NCBI GenBank assembly: GCA_027080135.1
Contig: JALWUJ010000039.1
Span: 4,561 to 68,560, forward strand
Length of the DNA stretch: 64,000 nucleotides
Direction: 5' to 3'
Source of the DNA: Flavobacteriaceae bacterium
GTDB lineage: Bacteria > Bacteroidota > Bacteroidia > Flavobacteriales > Flavobacteriaceae
Shown: piece after piece, positions 49,295-59,550 of the stretch
Layout: every line of letters starts with the position of its first letter
How positions within the stretch are numbered: position 1 is the stretch's first letter
Notes under the pieces: model-generated
What the model was told of the DNA's origin: nothing
Databases searched by the model: none
What the model saw: only the letters and a program-made list of their open reading frames with translations
Position numbers and translations under genes: made by a program

Positions 49295-50986
49295 CTACCG
49301 AATCAACTTCTTATACTTAATACGTTTCGGCATTAAATCGCCACCCAAGCGTTTCTTTTTATTTTCTTCGTAATCACTAAATCCTCCTTCAAAGAAATAC
49401 ACTTGACTATCACCTTCAAAAGCTAAAATATGGGTACAAATTCTATCTAAAAACCAACGATCGTGAGAAATAACCACTGCACAGCCAGCGAAGTTTTCAA
49501 GTCCTTCTTCCAAAGCACGTAAAGTATTTACATCTAAATCATTGGTTGGTTCATCAAGTAAAAGTACGTTTCCTTCTTCCCGTAAAGTCATTGCTAAATG
49601 AAGTCGGTTACGTTCTCCACCAGAAAGCATGGAAACTTTTTTGTTCTGTTCGCTTCCACCGAAATTAAAACGACTTAAATAAGCACGAGAATTTACTTGC
49701 TTCCCTCCCATCATAATGAGTTCTTGTCCATCGCAGAAATTCTCCCAAATAGATTTATTAGGATCTATATTAGAATGTGCCTGATCTACATAAGCGATTT
49801 TTGCAGTTTCACCAACAATAAATTCTCCTTTATCTGGGTTTTCTTCGCCCATAATCATTTTGAAAATAGTGGTTTTACCAGCACCATTAGGTCCAATAAT
49901 ACCAACAATTCCCGCCTGTGGTAAATTAAAGTTTAAATCTTCATACAATAATTTATCACCAAATGCTTTTGAAACTCCTTTGGCTTCAATTACATTGGTT
50001 CCTAAACGAGGGCCATTAGGAATGTAGATTTCCAATTTTTCGTCCAATTGCTTTTGATCTTGGCTCATCAACTTATCATAGTTTTTAAGCCTTGCTTTTT
50101 GTTTGGTTTGTCTTCCTTTTGCTCCTTGACGAACCCATTCTAACTCACGTTCTAAAGTTTTTTGACGTTTGGAAGCTGTTTTGCTTTCTTGTGCCATTCG
50201 TTTAGATTTTTGGTCTAACCAAGAAGAATAGTTTCCTTTCCACGGAATTCCTTCTCCTCTGTCTAATTCTAAAATCCAACCAGCCACATTATCTAAGAAA
50301 TATCTATCGTGCGTTACTGCGATTACCGTTCCTTTATATTGAGCAAGATGATGTTCTAACCAATGCACACTTTCTGCATCCAAGTGGTTGGTAGGTTCAT
50401 CTAATAAAAGCACGTCGGGTTCTTGTAATAATAATCTACACAATGCTACTCTTCTGCGTTCACCTCCTGATAAAACGTTTATTGGAGAATCTCCAGGAGG
50501 CGTACGAAGTGCATCCATTGCAATTTCTAGTTTGGTATCTAATTCCCAAGCGTTTTTGGCGTCGATTTCATCTTGAAGCTTTGCCTGTTTGTTCATCAGT
50601 TCTTCCATTTTATCTGGATTCTCATAAACTTCAGGTAAGCCAAACATATCGTTTATTTTATTGTACTCGTCCAATATGTCAACTACTTCTTGAACGCCTT
50701 CTTTTACAATTTCGATAACGGTTTTGGTTTCGTCTAATTTGGGTTCTTGTTCTAAATATCCTACGGAATAACCATCGGCAAAAACTACGTCGCCACGATA
50801 GTTGGTATCTACTCCTGCAATTATTTTAAGAAGTGTTGATTTTCCACTTCCGTTTAGCCCTAAAATTCCAATTTTAGCACCGTAGAAAAAACTTAAATAT
50901 ATGTTTTTTAGTACAGGAGTTTGCGAATTTTGAAACGCTTTAGTTACTCCCGACATTGAGAAAATTACTTTTTTATCGTCAGACAT
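49295..50986 (-). CDS. ettA: Energy-dependent translational throttle ABC-F protein
   Basis: LSFFYGAKIG, two ABC domains, GNYSSWL and ELEWVR. Confidence 0.95.
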   Translation of the reverse strand: MSDDKKVIFSMSGVTKAFQNSQTPVLKNIYLSFFYGAKIGILGLNGSGKSTLLKIIAGVDTNYRGDVVFADGYSVGYLEQEPKLDETKTVIEIVKEGVQEVVDILDEYNKINDMFGLPEVYENPDKMEELMNKQAKLQDEIDAKNAWELDTKLEIAMDALRTPPGDSPINVLSGGERRRVALCRLLLQEPDVLLLDEPTNHLDAESVHWLEHHLAQYKGTVIAVTHDRYFLDNVAGWILELDRGEGIPWKGNYSSWLDQKSKRMAQESKTASKRQKTLERELEWVRQGAKGRQTKQKARLKNYDKLMSQDQKQLDEKLEIYIPNGPRLGTNVIEAKGVSKAFGDKLLYEDLNFNLPQAGIVGIIGPNGAGKTTIFKMIMGEENPDKGEFIVGETAKIAYVDQAHSNIDPNKSIWENFCDGQELIMMGGKQVNSRAYLSRFNFGGSEQNKKVSMLSGGERNRLHLAMTLREEGNVLLLDEPTNDLDVNTLRALEEGLENFAGCAVVISHDRWFLDRICTHILAFEGDSQVYFFEGGFSDYEENKKKRLGGDLMPKRIKYKKLIR

Positions 50987-51052
50987 TATATTATACTTAT
51001 TGTTTATTATTATTTAGGACTGAATACTGCCTACTTAATACTCTTTACTGAA

Positions 51053-51235
51053 TTATACCCTTCCTTTTAATGCGTTAAAAACCCAAGCAATGGCGAAAAA
51101 TCCAATACCTACAGTAGCAAAGCCCCAGCCAGCAACATCATCGTATCTAAAAGCTCCTAAGGCAATTAAAATTAATCCCATTAATATCATTATAAAAGTA
51201 GCCCAAGCGAGTACTGTGTTTTTATTCATTCCCAT
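51053..51235 (-). CDS. Small two-TM membrane protein (conserved Flavobacteriaceae family)
   Basis: 60 aa, two hydrophobic helices; MNKNTVLAWAT N-terminus recalled from flavobacteria. Confidence 0.7.
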   Translation of the reverse strand: MGMNKNTVLAWATFIMILMGLILIALGAFRYDDVAGWGFATVGIGFFAIAWVFNALKGRV

Positions 51236-51445
51236 AATTTATAATATTTCAAGGAGTTCTCCCAAATAGGTTGGGGAAAACCTTATTAGTTAAAATATCT
51301 GCTTTTTTATATTAGACAGAACCACAAATATCGTAATAAAAATTGTTTCAGAAAGCAATTACTCATACTTTAACTCGATTATAAAAGATAATTACAACCA
51401 TGAGATTAAATGGTATTTTGTATTTTAGCCCAAAGTAAAATTTCT

Positions 51446-53074
51446 ATGGATTTAAACTTCAATAAAAACGAAGATTACAATAAATTATTAATTTCTTCTT
51501 TAAAACAAAAACTCTCTAAAGTGAAGCTTGGCGGCGGAAAAGTTAGAATTGAAAAACACCATGCCAAAGGCAAAATGACGGCTCGTGAACGTATTGATTA
51601 CCTTCTAGATCCAAAATCTAAAAGCATAGAAATTGCCGCATTTGCAGGCGAAGGAATGTATAAAGAACACGGCGGTTGTCCTTCTGGTGGAGTGGTTGTA
51701 AAAATTGGTTATGTAAGCGGAAAGCAATGTATTGTCGTTGCCAATGATGCCACAGTAAAGGCAGGTGCTTGGTTTCCTATTACAGGAAAAAAGAATTTAC
51801 GTGCTCAAGAAATATCTATTGAAAACAGACTACCTATCATTTATTTGGTAGATAGTGCTGGAGTTTACCTTCCAATGCAAGATGAAATTTTTCCTGATAA
51901 GGAACATTTCGGAAGGATTTTTAGAAACAACGCTGTAATGAGTAGCATGGGGATTACCCAAATTTCTGCCATTATGGGAAGTTGTGTTGCTGGTGGTGCT
52001 TACCTCCCTATTATGAGTGATGAGGCTTTAATTGTAGATAAAACCGGAAGTATTTTCTTGGCAGGAAGCTATTTGGTAAAAGCTGCTATTGGAGAATCTA
52101 TCGACAACGAAAGCCTTGGTGGAGCAACTACACATTGTGAAATTAGTGGTGTTACCGACTACAAATCTAAAGATGATAAAGATGCTTTGGATACCATAAA
52201 AAAGATATTTTCGAAAATTGGTGATTATGAAAAAGCTGGTTTTAATAGAGAAAAGCCTAGAAAACCTATAGAAAACCCTAAAGAAATATTCGGAATCCTA
52301 CCTCGTTCTCGAGCCGAGCAATACGATATGCGGAAAATCATAAAGCGTTTAGTAGATAAATCTGAATTTGAAGAATATAAAAAAGACTATGGAAAAACCA
52401 TCTTAACAGGTTATGCTCGAATTGATGGTTGGGCAGTTGGAATCGTCGCTAATCAACGTACTTTGGTAAAAAACAAAAAGGGCGAAATGCAATTTGGCGG
52501 TGTTATTTATAGTGATAGTGCCGATAAAGCCACTCGTTTTATTGCCAATTGCAACCAGAAAAAAATCCCTTTAGTTTTCTTACAAGATGTTACAGGTTTT
52601 ATGGTAGGTAGTAAAAGTGAGCACGGCGGAATTATAAAAGACGGAGCCAAAATGGTCAACGCTGTTAGTAATAGTGTCGTGCCTAAATTCACGATTGTTA
52701 TCGGAAATTCCTACGGAGCAGGTAATTATGCAATGTGTGGAAAAGCCTATGACCCAAGATTGATTGTCGCATGGCCAAGTGCTGCATTAGCAGTAATGAG
52801 TGGAAATAGTGCTGCAAAAGTTTTGCTTCAAATTGAAACCGCTTCCTTAAAAAAACAAGGAAAGGTAATTACCGAAAAAGATGAAAAAGAACTCTACGAA
52901 ATAATAAAAGCACGTTACGATGAACAGATTTCTCCGTATTACGCAGCCTCTAGAATCTGGACTGATGCTGTGATAGATCCTTTAGATACTCGTACTTGGA
53001 TTTCTATGGGAATTGAAGCTGCCAATCACACTCCTATTGAGAAGAAATTTAATTTAGGGGTTATTCAGGTTTAA
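51446..53074 (+). CDS. Acyl-CoA carboxylase beta (carboxyltransferase) subunit, MCC-like
   Basis: GKMTARERI, ANDATVKAG, DSAG, GSCVAGGAY and GAGNYAMCG; Met13 taken as start. Confidence 0.9.
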   Translation: MDLNFNKNEDYNKLLISSLKQKLSKVKLGGGKVRIEKHHAKGKMTARERIDYLLDPKSKSIEIAAFAGEGMYKEHGGCPSGGVVVKIGYVSGKQCIVVANDATVKAGAWFPITGKKNLRAQEISIENRLPIIYLVDSAGVYLPMQDEIFPDKEHFGRIFRNNAVMSSMGITQISAIMGSCVAGGAYLPIMSDEALIVDKTGSIFLAGSYLVKAAIGESIDNESLGGATTHCEISGVTDYKSKDDKDALDTIKKIFSKIGDYEKAGFNREKPRKPIENPKEIFGILPRSRAEQYDMRKIIKRLVDKSEFEEYKKDYGKTILTGYARIDGWAVGIVANQRTLVKNKKGEMQFGGVIYSDSADKATRFIANCNQKKIPLVFLQDVTGFMVGSKSEHGGIIKDGAKMVNAVSNSVVPKFTIVIGNSYGAGNYAMCGKAYDPRLIVAWPSAALAVMSGNSAAKVLLQIETASLKKQGKVITEKDEKELYEIIKARYDEQISPYYAASRIWTDAVIDPLDTRTWISMGIEAANHTPIEKKFNLGVIQV

Positions 53075-53250
53075 AAAAGGTATTGGGTTTTAGTCGGTAG
53101 GTTTTAAAACTTCAACATTAGGAGTTCAAAATTCGATATTCAGTGTTCAACATTTAAAATCCGTACTCTTCGATACATTTTTTGTGCCTTAAAACACTCA
53201 GAGTACTTAAATTGTATTTGATGATAACGATTTGAGTTCAAGTTCAAAAA

Positions 53251-53283
53251 AGACCTACAAGGTTTTGGAAACCTTGCAGATCT
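53251..53283. repeat. Family-B palindrome (a family-A variant lies at 53163-53206)
   Basis: agacctacaaggttttggaaaccttgcagatct. Confidence 0.8.
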
Positions 53284-53353
53284 AAACAAAAACCAACCAT
53301 CAAAACAATCTCTTCGATACTTTCGCTAAGGCGAAAAGTTGGAGAACTTAAAA

Positions 53354-55447
53354 CTAATAACTTTTTACCAGTCGGATAAATTCTGCTCTGTAGCCATTTT
53401 CATCTTGCCCTTTTCCTGCTTTTGCTAAGGCAATAACATCTGATGAATTTTTAGTATTTATAAAGTTTGAATCTCGTAATTGCAATCCAAACAAAGCAAC
53501 TGCTGCAGAAAATTTAAAATCTTCTGAAGCCATATTATAACTTTTATTAGTGTCGATTACTGTATTTACAATTAACTTACTTACATCACCATCGGGTTCT
53601 TTGTATCTAAATTTTACAGTTAATAATTCATTTGAATTATTTGAGTTTGTAGCTTTTGTATATTTCAAGTTATCGATAGATTTTATATAATCACTTTCAA
53701 CACCAACAGGAATAATTTCATAAAAAGCTGTAACGGTATGACCACTTCCCAATTCTCCTGCATCTTTTTTGTCATCATTAAAATCTTCATCGTTTAAAAG
53801 TCTGTTTTCATAACCAATTAAACGGTAAGCTTGCACTTTTTTTGGATTGAATTCCACTTGAATTTTAACATCTTTTGCAATGGTATAAATGGTTCCAAAA
53901 AATTCTTCTCCTAGTACTTTTCTGGCTTCTTGCATCGTGTCTATATAAGCGTGGTTTCCGTTTCCTTTATCGGCAAGAATTTCCATTTTAGAATCTTTAT
54001 AATTACCCATTCCAAAACCAAGTACCGTTAAAAATATTTCTTCTTTTCGTTTTTCTTCTATTAAATCTTCCATTGAACGATTGCTAGAGGCTCCTACGTT
54101 AAAGTCACCATCGGTTGCTAGGACAATTCGGTTGTTTCCATCTTTAATAAAGTTTTCTTTAGCAATTTTATATGCCAATTCTATTCCTTGCCCACCTGCG
54201 GTAGAACCTCCTGCATTAAGACGATTAATTGCTTTTAAAATTTTCTCTTTTTCTGTCCCCGAAGTAGGTTCTAAAACCAATCCTGCTGCTCCTGCATACA
54301 CAACAATAGAAACTTTGTCTTTCTCTCGTAATTGGTCAAGCAATATTTTTAAAGAAGCTTTTAGTAAAGGAAGTTTGTTTGGGCTATCCATAGAGCCCGA
54401 AACATCCAACAGAAAAACCAAGTTGGAAGCGGGTACATTTTGAGAAGAAATATCTCTTCCTTTTAAACCAATTCTAACTAATTTCGTGTCCTTATTCCAA
54501 GGAGAAGAAGCAATTTCGGTATTGATTGAAAACGGGTGATCTCCATTTGGTTGCTTATAATTGTATGTAAAATAATTAATCATTTCTTCAACTTTAACAG
54601 CATCTTGAGGAATTTTCTGTCCATTGTTAATCATTCTTCTTATGTTGCTATATCCTGCCTTATCCACATCTATTGAAAATGTAGAAAGCGGAGCAAGTTT
54701 TACATTTTTAAATGCGTTTTCTTCTATTCTGGCATAGTCTTCATTTTCCGAAACAGTGTTAATTATTACTACACCATTTACTGCTTCTGAACCATAAAAA
54801 GCTAGAGCTTCTTCCCCTTTTAATACTTCAATATTTTTAATTTTGGTAGTGTCTAATTCTGTAAATTCATTTTCAATTTCTTTCCCTTCATAAGTTACTC
54901 CATCTATAATATATAATGGTTTGTTTTTGCTACTTATAGAATTCATCCCTCTAATAATCAATTTATCAGAAGCACCAACATTACTAGAATTATGAGTAAT
55001 CTGAACACCTGCTGTTTTTCCTTGTAGTGTTCGGTTTATATTATTTTTGTTTTTTCTTCTTTGTTTTCTAGAATAATTTGTGCTAACCGCATACCCCAAA
55101 GCTTTCTTTTCTTTCTTAATTCCAACTGCGGTAACTACTACTTCATCTAATACTGCTGTATCTTCATTCATTTGAATATTAATAATTTTTTTTGAATTGT
55201 AAATTTTCTGTTCAACTGTTTCGTAGCCAACATAACTAAAGGTTAGTGTTTGTCCAACTGAAGCTTCAATCTTGTAATTTCCATTAAAATCTGATTGTGT
55301 GCCGTTGTTGGTTTTTTTAACAATAACGTTAACTCCTGCCATAGGAATACCAAATTTATCGGTTATAGTTCCTGTTATTGTATGTTCTTGTGCTTGAATT
55401 TGAATTACCAAAAAAGCAATAAAAATGGTACTGAGTAAATTTTTCAT
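53354..55447 (-). CDS. YfbK-type vWA protein with N-terminal CarboxypepD_reg-like and TonB-plug-like domains
   Basis: ITGTITD..G.NV, PLYIIDG..IEVLK..A..YG..A.NGV, STFSIDVD, DVSGS, ATDGDFNVG and YRLIGYENR. Confidence 0.85.
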   Translation of the reverse strand: MKNLLSTIFIAFLVIQIQAQEHTITGTITDKFGIPMAGVNVIVKKTNNGTQSDFNGNYKIEASVGQTLTFSYVGYETVEQKIYNSKKIINIQMNEDTAVLDEVVVTAVGIKKEKKALGYAVSTNYSRKQRRKNKNNINRTLQGKTAGVQITHNSSNVGASDKLIIRGMNSISSKNKPLYIIDGVTYEGKEIENEFTELDTTKIKNIEVLKGEEALAFYGSEAVNGVVIINTVSENEDYARIEENAFKNVKLAPLSTFSIDVDKAGYSNIRRMINNGQKIPQDAVKVEEMINYFTYNYKQPNGDHPFSINTEIASSPWNKDTKLVRIGLKGRDISSQNVPASNLVFLLDVSGSMDSPNKLPLLKASLKILLDQLREKDKVSIVVYAGAAGLVLEPTSGTEKEKILKAINRLNAGGSTAGGQGIELAYKIAKENFIKDGNNRIVLATDGDFNVGASSNRSMEDLIEEKRKEEIFLTVLGFGMGNYKDSKMEILADKGNGNHAYIDTMQEARKVLGEEFFGTIYTIAKDVKIQVEFNPKKVQAYRLIGYENRLLNDEDFNDDKKDAGELGSGHTVTAFYEIIPVGVESDYIKSIDNLKYTKATNSNNSNELLTVKFRYKEPDGDVSKLIVNTVIDTNKSYNMASEDFKFSAAVALFGLQLRDSNFINTKNSSDVIALAKAGKGQDENGYRAEFIRLVKSY

Positions 55448-55545
55448 AATGTATGGTTTTAATTAATATGAAGTAAAACTAATTTAGAGCTTCATATTAA
55501 AAAACCAGCGTTGAGGGAAGGCTACTTTTGATTGAGGGAACGAGT

Positions 55546-56619
55546 TTATTTTTTATTTTCTAAAATCTGAATGACTTCGGAACGTTTAATTTTTCCTGTT
55601 TCAGTAATTGGAAATTTTGAAAAAGTGTATATTTTTTTTGGGCGTTCATAAGAAGATAAATTCTGAAAAACTTCTGAAATATTTAAAGGCACATCACCGC
55701 TTTCACTTTCTAAAATAAGTACCACTCGTTCGCCTAAAGTTTCATCTTTTTCGGAAGCAACAATAAAAGGGAGGTTCATAAATGGCGATAATTTTATTTC
55801 CATTTGTTCAGGAAATAGTTTAATTCCGCCGCTAATAATTACATTATCAATTCTTCCTAAATACTCGAATGTAGTTGGAGAGTTTAATTGAACCATGTCA
55901 TTGGTCACTACTTTTTCTTTTGAAACATCAGGCGCTTTAATAACCAAACAAGCACGTTCGTCTAAAGAAAATTTTACATTGGGAAGTGCAGTATATTCAT
56001 TAGATTTTGCCAAGCCATTAATTCGTCTAACAGCAATATGAGTGATGGTTTCGGTCATTCCGTAGGTGGCGAAAACTTCGGTATTTACATCTTGTAATTC
56101 TTTTGTAAGCTTATCTGAAATAGCTCCACCACCGATAATCAATTTCCGTATTTTATCCAGTGATTTTAAAGAATGATGCACTTGATAAGGTACCATTGCC
56201 ACAAAATCGTATTTGTTATCATATTGAGTAATGGCATCTTTTTGAGGTGCTACAACATGTAAATTCCACCCTAAAACCATCGCTCTAATCAACATCATTT
56301 TCCCGGCGATATAGTTGGCTGGCAAACACAATAAAGCTGTGGTTTTTTCGGGAAGTTTAAAGAATATTCCCGTTGCTTTTGCACTATTAATCATTTGTTG
56401 TTTGGAAAGCTGAATCTCTTTTGGAGTTCCCGAAGAACCCGATGTTTTTACCAATACCGAATCCGTTTCATCCAACCATTGCATTAAAAATTTCCCAATC
56501 TGGATTTCAAAATGTTCACCCGTTTTTTCTAATTCTTTGGCAAATTCATACAAATCAAAGGCATTAAAATTCTGACCATTTAGTTTAAAAGAAGGATGTA
56601 TGTTGCTTATAAATTCCAA
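55546..56619 (-). CDS. menE: O-succinylbenzoate-CoA ligase-like AMP-binding protein
   Basis: TSGSSGTPK, TYGMTET, GRID..I.SGG and GKIKR; men gene context. Confidence 0.75.
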   Translation of the reverse strand: MEFISNIHPSFKLNGQNFNAFDLYEFAKELEKTGEHFEIQIGKFLMQWLDETDSVLVKTSGSSGTPKEIQLSKQQMINSAKATGIFFKLPEKTTALLCLPANYIAGKMMLIRAMVLGWNLHVVAPQKDAITQYDNKYDFVAMVPYQVHHSLKSLDKIRKLIIGGGAISDKLTKELQDVNTEVFATYGMTETITHIAVRRINGLAKSNEYTALPNVKFSLDERACLVIKAPDVSKEKVVTNDMVQLNSPTTFEYLGRIDNVIISGGIKLFPEQMEIKLSPFMNLPFIVASEKDETLGERVVLILESESGDVPLNISEVFQNLSSYERPKKIYTFSKFPITETGKIKRSEVIQILENKK

Positions 56620-56669
56620 ATATTAATTTTCAAATTTCAATACGTTATTTACTAAAATATTAAAAACGA

Positions 56670-57638
56670 TTATTCAAAAGTATTGTTTTCTATTGAAATG
56701 GTTTCAGGCGGAGGAATTACCTTTCCCAAGAGCTTTTCTTTCCAATTAGTCCATTTGTATTTCCAGGCCATTATTCCTAAAAAGATAGGATAAATAACAA
56801 AAACGGGCATTACAACCTCAAAACCTGCTGCTGGTTCAGAAAGGTCTAACAAAATAGAATTGGTTTGAAAAACAGTCCAATCGCTCGTAACTAACAGAGC
56901 AATAATTAGGTTAGTTCCGGCGTGAAAACCAAGAGCGAGTTCCATTCCTTCATCCATTAAAGTGATGATTCCGAGGAACAAACCTGTTCCAATATAGTAC
57001 ACCATAGCAATGTTCCCGAGCTTTTCTACTTCTGGGTTAAAATAATGAAGACTTCCAAAAATCACCGAAGTAATTAACAAAGGAACCCATTTATTTCTGG
57101 CTGCTACTCCAATACCTTGCATTAAATATCCTCTAAAAAAGTATTCTTCAAAACTAGTTTGAATAGGAATAAATACAACCGCAATAACAAACATTATTAA
57201 AAAAGGTTTCCATTCAAACTGAAGCACATAATCTTCTGGATTGGAACTAAAATCAATTAAAGTAGTAATAATAGTTACCGTTGCAATAAGTCCGAAGCCA
57301 AATAAAAATCGTCCCCAATCTATTTTTTTTCTGCTTGTTGTAAGTTGTGTGAAGGATTGTTTATGAATAAACTTAATGCTGAACCATAAAGCAATAAATC
57401 CACCAATAAAAGTTGTCATCATTAAAAACAAGTACAGATTGCTTTTTGGTGGATACAGCGAAGCAAATGCCGTTTCGCTTGCAACCATTAATTCGGTTAA
57501 ATTTTCAGCTTGAAAATAAGACACTGTTAACAATGGAATGGCTCCAAAAAATTGCCAACCTATTAAAAATATAATTATAATACCAACAAGGTATCGCCAA
57601 GTATCGTGTTTAAATTTAAATGCTTGTTCTATGTACAT
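56670..57638 (-). CDS. CPBP/Abi intramembrane metalloprotease
   Basis: EEYFFRG, FG.LH and H...N. Confidence 0.9.
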   Translation of the reverse strand: MYIEQAFKFKHDTWRYLVGIIIIFLIGWQFFGAIPLLTVSYFQAENLTELMVASETAFASLYPPKSNLYLFLMMTTFIGGFIALWFSIKFIHKQSFTQLTTSRKKIDWGRFLFGFGLIATVTIITTLIDFSSNPEDYVLQFEWKPFLIMFVIAVVFIPIQTSFEEYFFRGYLMQGIGVAARNKWVPLLITSVIFGSLHYFNPEVEKLGNIAMVYYIGTGLFLGIITLMDEGMELALGFHAGTNLIIALLVTSDWTVFQTNSILLDLSEPAAGFEVVMPVFVIYPIFLGIMAWKYKWTNWKEKLLGKVIPPPETISIENNTFE

Positions 57639-57667
57639 TATTAAAATTTTGAATTATGGATTCAGAA

Positions 57668-58717
57668 TTATAAGTTATATAACAAACTCAAATCCCATTG
57701 CAAATTAGTATTATAATGAAGGGTTCCGTTATAAACTTCCAAAGGAGAAGGTAAGTTATTAGTAAACAAACTTCCTGTACCCAAACCTTGTGGCAAGATA
57801 CTGTTTTTTGAAAAAGTATATTGGGCAATGGCATTTAAACCTATATTACTTTCTAAGGCGGAAGTAATCCACCAACCTATTCCTAATTTTTCAGCTTTTA
57901 AAATCCACGAATCGCTTCCTTTAAATCCGCCAATTAAAGTGGGTTTTAAAATGATGTATTGTGGATTTATAGTTTCTATCATTTTTGTTTTTTGCTCCTC
58001 TGAAAAAATTCCGATAAGCTCTTCGTCCAAAGCAATAGGAAGTGGTGTGTCCTCACAAAGTCGTGCCATTTCTTGCCATTGTCCTTGTTTAATAGGCTGT
58101 TCGATGGAGTGAAGTTGCAGATCTGAAAGCCATTTTAGTTTCTCTAAAGCTTCGAAAGGTGAAAATGCTCCATTTGCATCCACTCGTAACTCGATATCTG
58201 AAGCGGAATATTCCGTTCTTATGGATTTTAATAGTTCCAATTCTGTTTTAAAATCGATGGCACCAATTTTCATTTTAATACAAGTAAAACCTTGTTGTAG
58301 TTTGTCTGAAATTTGTTGTTTCATAAAGGTTTTGTTGCCCATCCAAACCAATCCGTTTATAGGAATTGATTCTTCACCACGATAGAACCCTGAAGGAAAT
58401 ATTTCAAATTTATTTTCAGCATTTAATGATTTAAAAGCCGTTTCTAATCCAATTTGAATGGAAGGAAATTCGATTAATTCATTATATAATTTATCAAGAC
58501 CTAAATTAATATTATCACAAAGCCATTGTAGTTTTTCCTCGTAATCTGGGCGATCATCAACACTTAAACCATTAAACAAACCGCATTCCCCTATTCCTTG
58601 TTTTCCATTTTTGGAAATTAATAAAAAGTAAGTGTCTTTTGTATTTAGGATTCCGCGAGACGTTCCGCTGGGGAGTTTGAAGTTAAGTTGGTATTTTTTG
58701 TAAGTTGCTTTTATCAT
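57668..58717 (-). CDS. menC: o-Succinylbenzoate synthase
   Basis: Enolase-family KMKIG, RVDANG, IEQP, ALDEE and LKP. ATG at 58717 preferred because the ORF-track start lies inside a repeat. Confidence 0.8.
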   Translation of the reverse strand: MIKATYKKYQLNFKLPSGTSRGILNTKDTYFLLISKNGKQGIGECGLFNGLSVDDRPDYEEKLQWLCDNINLGLDKLYNELIEFPSIQIGLETAFKSLNAENKFEIFPSGFYRGEESIPINGLVWMGNKTFMKQQISDKLQQGFTCIKMKIGAIDFKTELELLKSIRTEYSASDIELRVDANGAFSPFEALEKLKWLSDLQLHSIEQPIKQGQWQEMARLCEDTPLPIALDEELIGIFSEEQKTKMIETINPQYIILKPTLIGGFKGSDSWILKAEKLGIGWWITSALESNIGLNAIAQYTFSKNSILPQGLGTGSLFTNNLPSPLEVYNGTLHYNTNLQWDLSLLYNL

Positions 58718-58788
58718 GTTTTTTTTGTTCGCAAAGCCGCAAATTCTCAAAGTGTTTTTCTTAGCGTCTTTGCGGCTTTGCGAGTATT

Positions 58789-59469
58789 TTATAACTCAAT
58801 AGATTCTCCAATTTCTAACAACATTAAATCTTTTCCTGCATCAAAGAATTTCTTTTTGGCTACATCGTGATTAATTTCAATAAACCCAAAAGTATCGTAA
58901 TGTACGCCTAATATTTTATCGCATTCTACAAAATCACTTGCAATAATTGCATCGTCTATTCCCATAGTAAAATTATCGCCTATTGGTAAAATGGCAAGGT
59001 CTAATTTTGTTTGTAAAGGAATGAGCTTCATATCCATCGTTAAAGCTGTATCGCCAGCAATGTAGATATTTTTATGTTCGCCTTCAATAACAAATCCGCC
59101 TGGCTGACCACCATAACTTCCGTCTGGAAATGAACTAGTATGCATGGCATTTACATATTTTACATTTCCAAAGTCAAATTTCCAATTTCCTCCATGATTC
59201 ATTGGGTGTACATCAATCCCTTTAGCTTGATAATGCATAGCGATTTCGTAATTACTAACAATTTTTGCGTTGGTATTTTTGGCAATTGCTTCCGCATCGA
59301 GAATATGATCTTCGTGAGCGTGGGTTAATAAAATATAATCTGCTTTTAAGGATAAAATATCCACTTTATCCTTTGATAATGGGTTTCCTGAAATAAATGG
59401 ATCTACTAAAATGTTTTTTCCAGAAACTTCAATGGCTAGTGAGTTTTGCCCGTAAAAAGTAATTTTCAT
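58789..59469 (-). CDS. Metallo-beta-lactamase-fold metal-dependent hydrolase
   Basis: THAHEDH, AGDT, LPIGDNFTM and HYDTF. Confidence 0.9.
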   Translation of the reverse strand: MKITFYGQNSLAIEVSGKNILVDPFISGNPLSKDKVDILSLKADYILLTHAHEDHILDAEAIAKNTNAKIVSNYEIAMHYQAKGIDVHPMNHGGNWKFDFGNVKYVNAMHTSSFPDGSYGGQPGGFVIEGEHKNIYIAGDTALTMDMKLIPLQTKLDLAILPIGDNFTMGIDDAIIASDFVECDKILGVHYDTFGFIEINHDVAKKKFFDAGKDLMLLEIGESIEL

Positions 59470-59550
59470 ATTATTTATTATTGAATTTAACAGTAAAATT
59501 ACTACATATAAATATAATTTGCTAAATTTGAGTAACTAACTAATTCAAAA

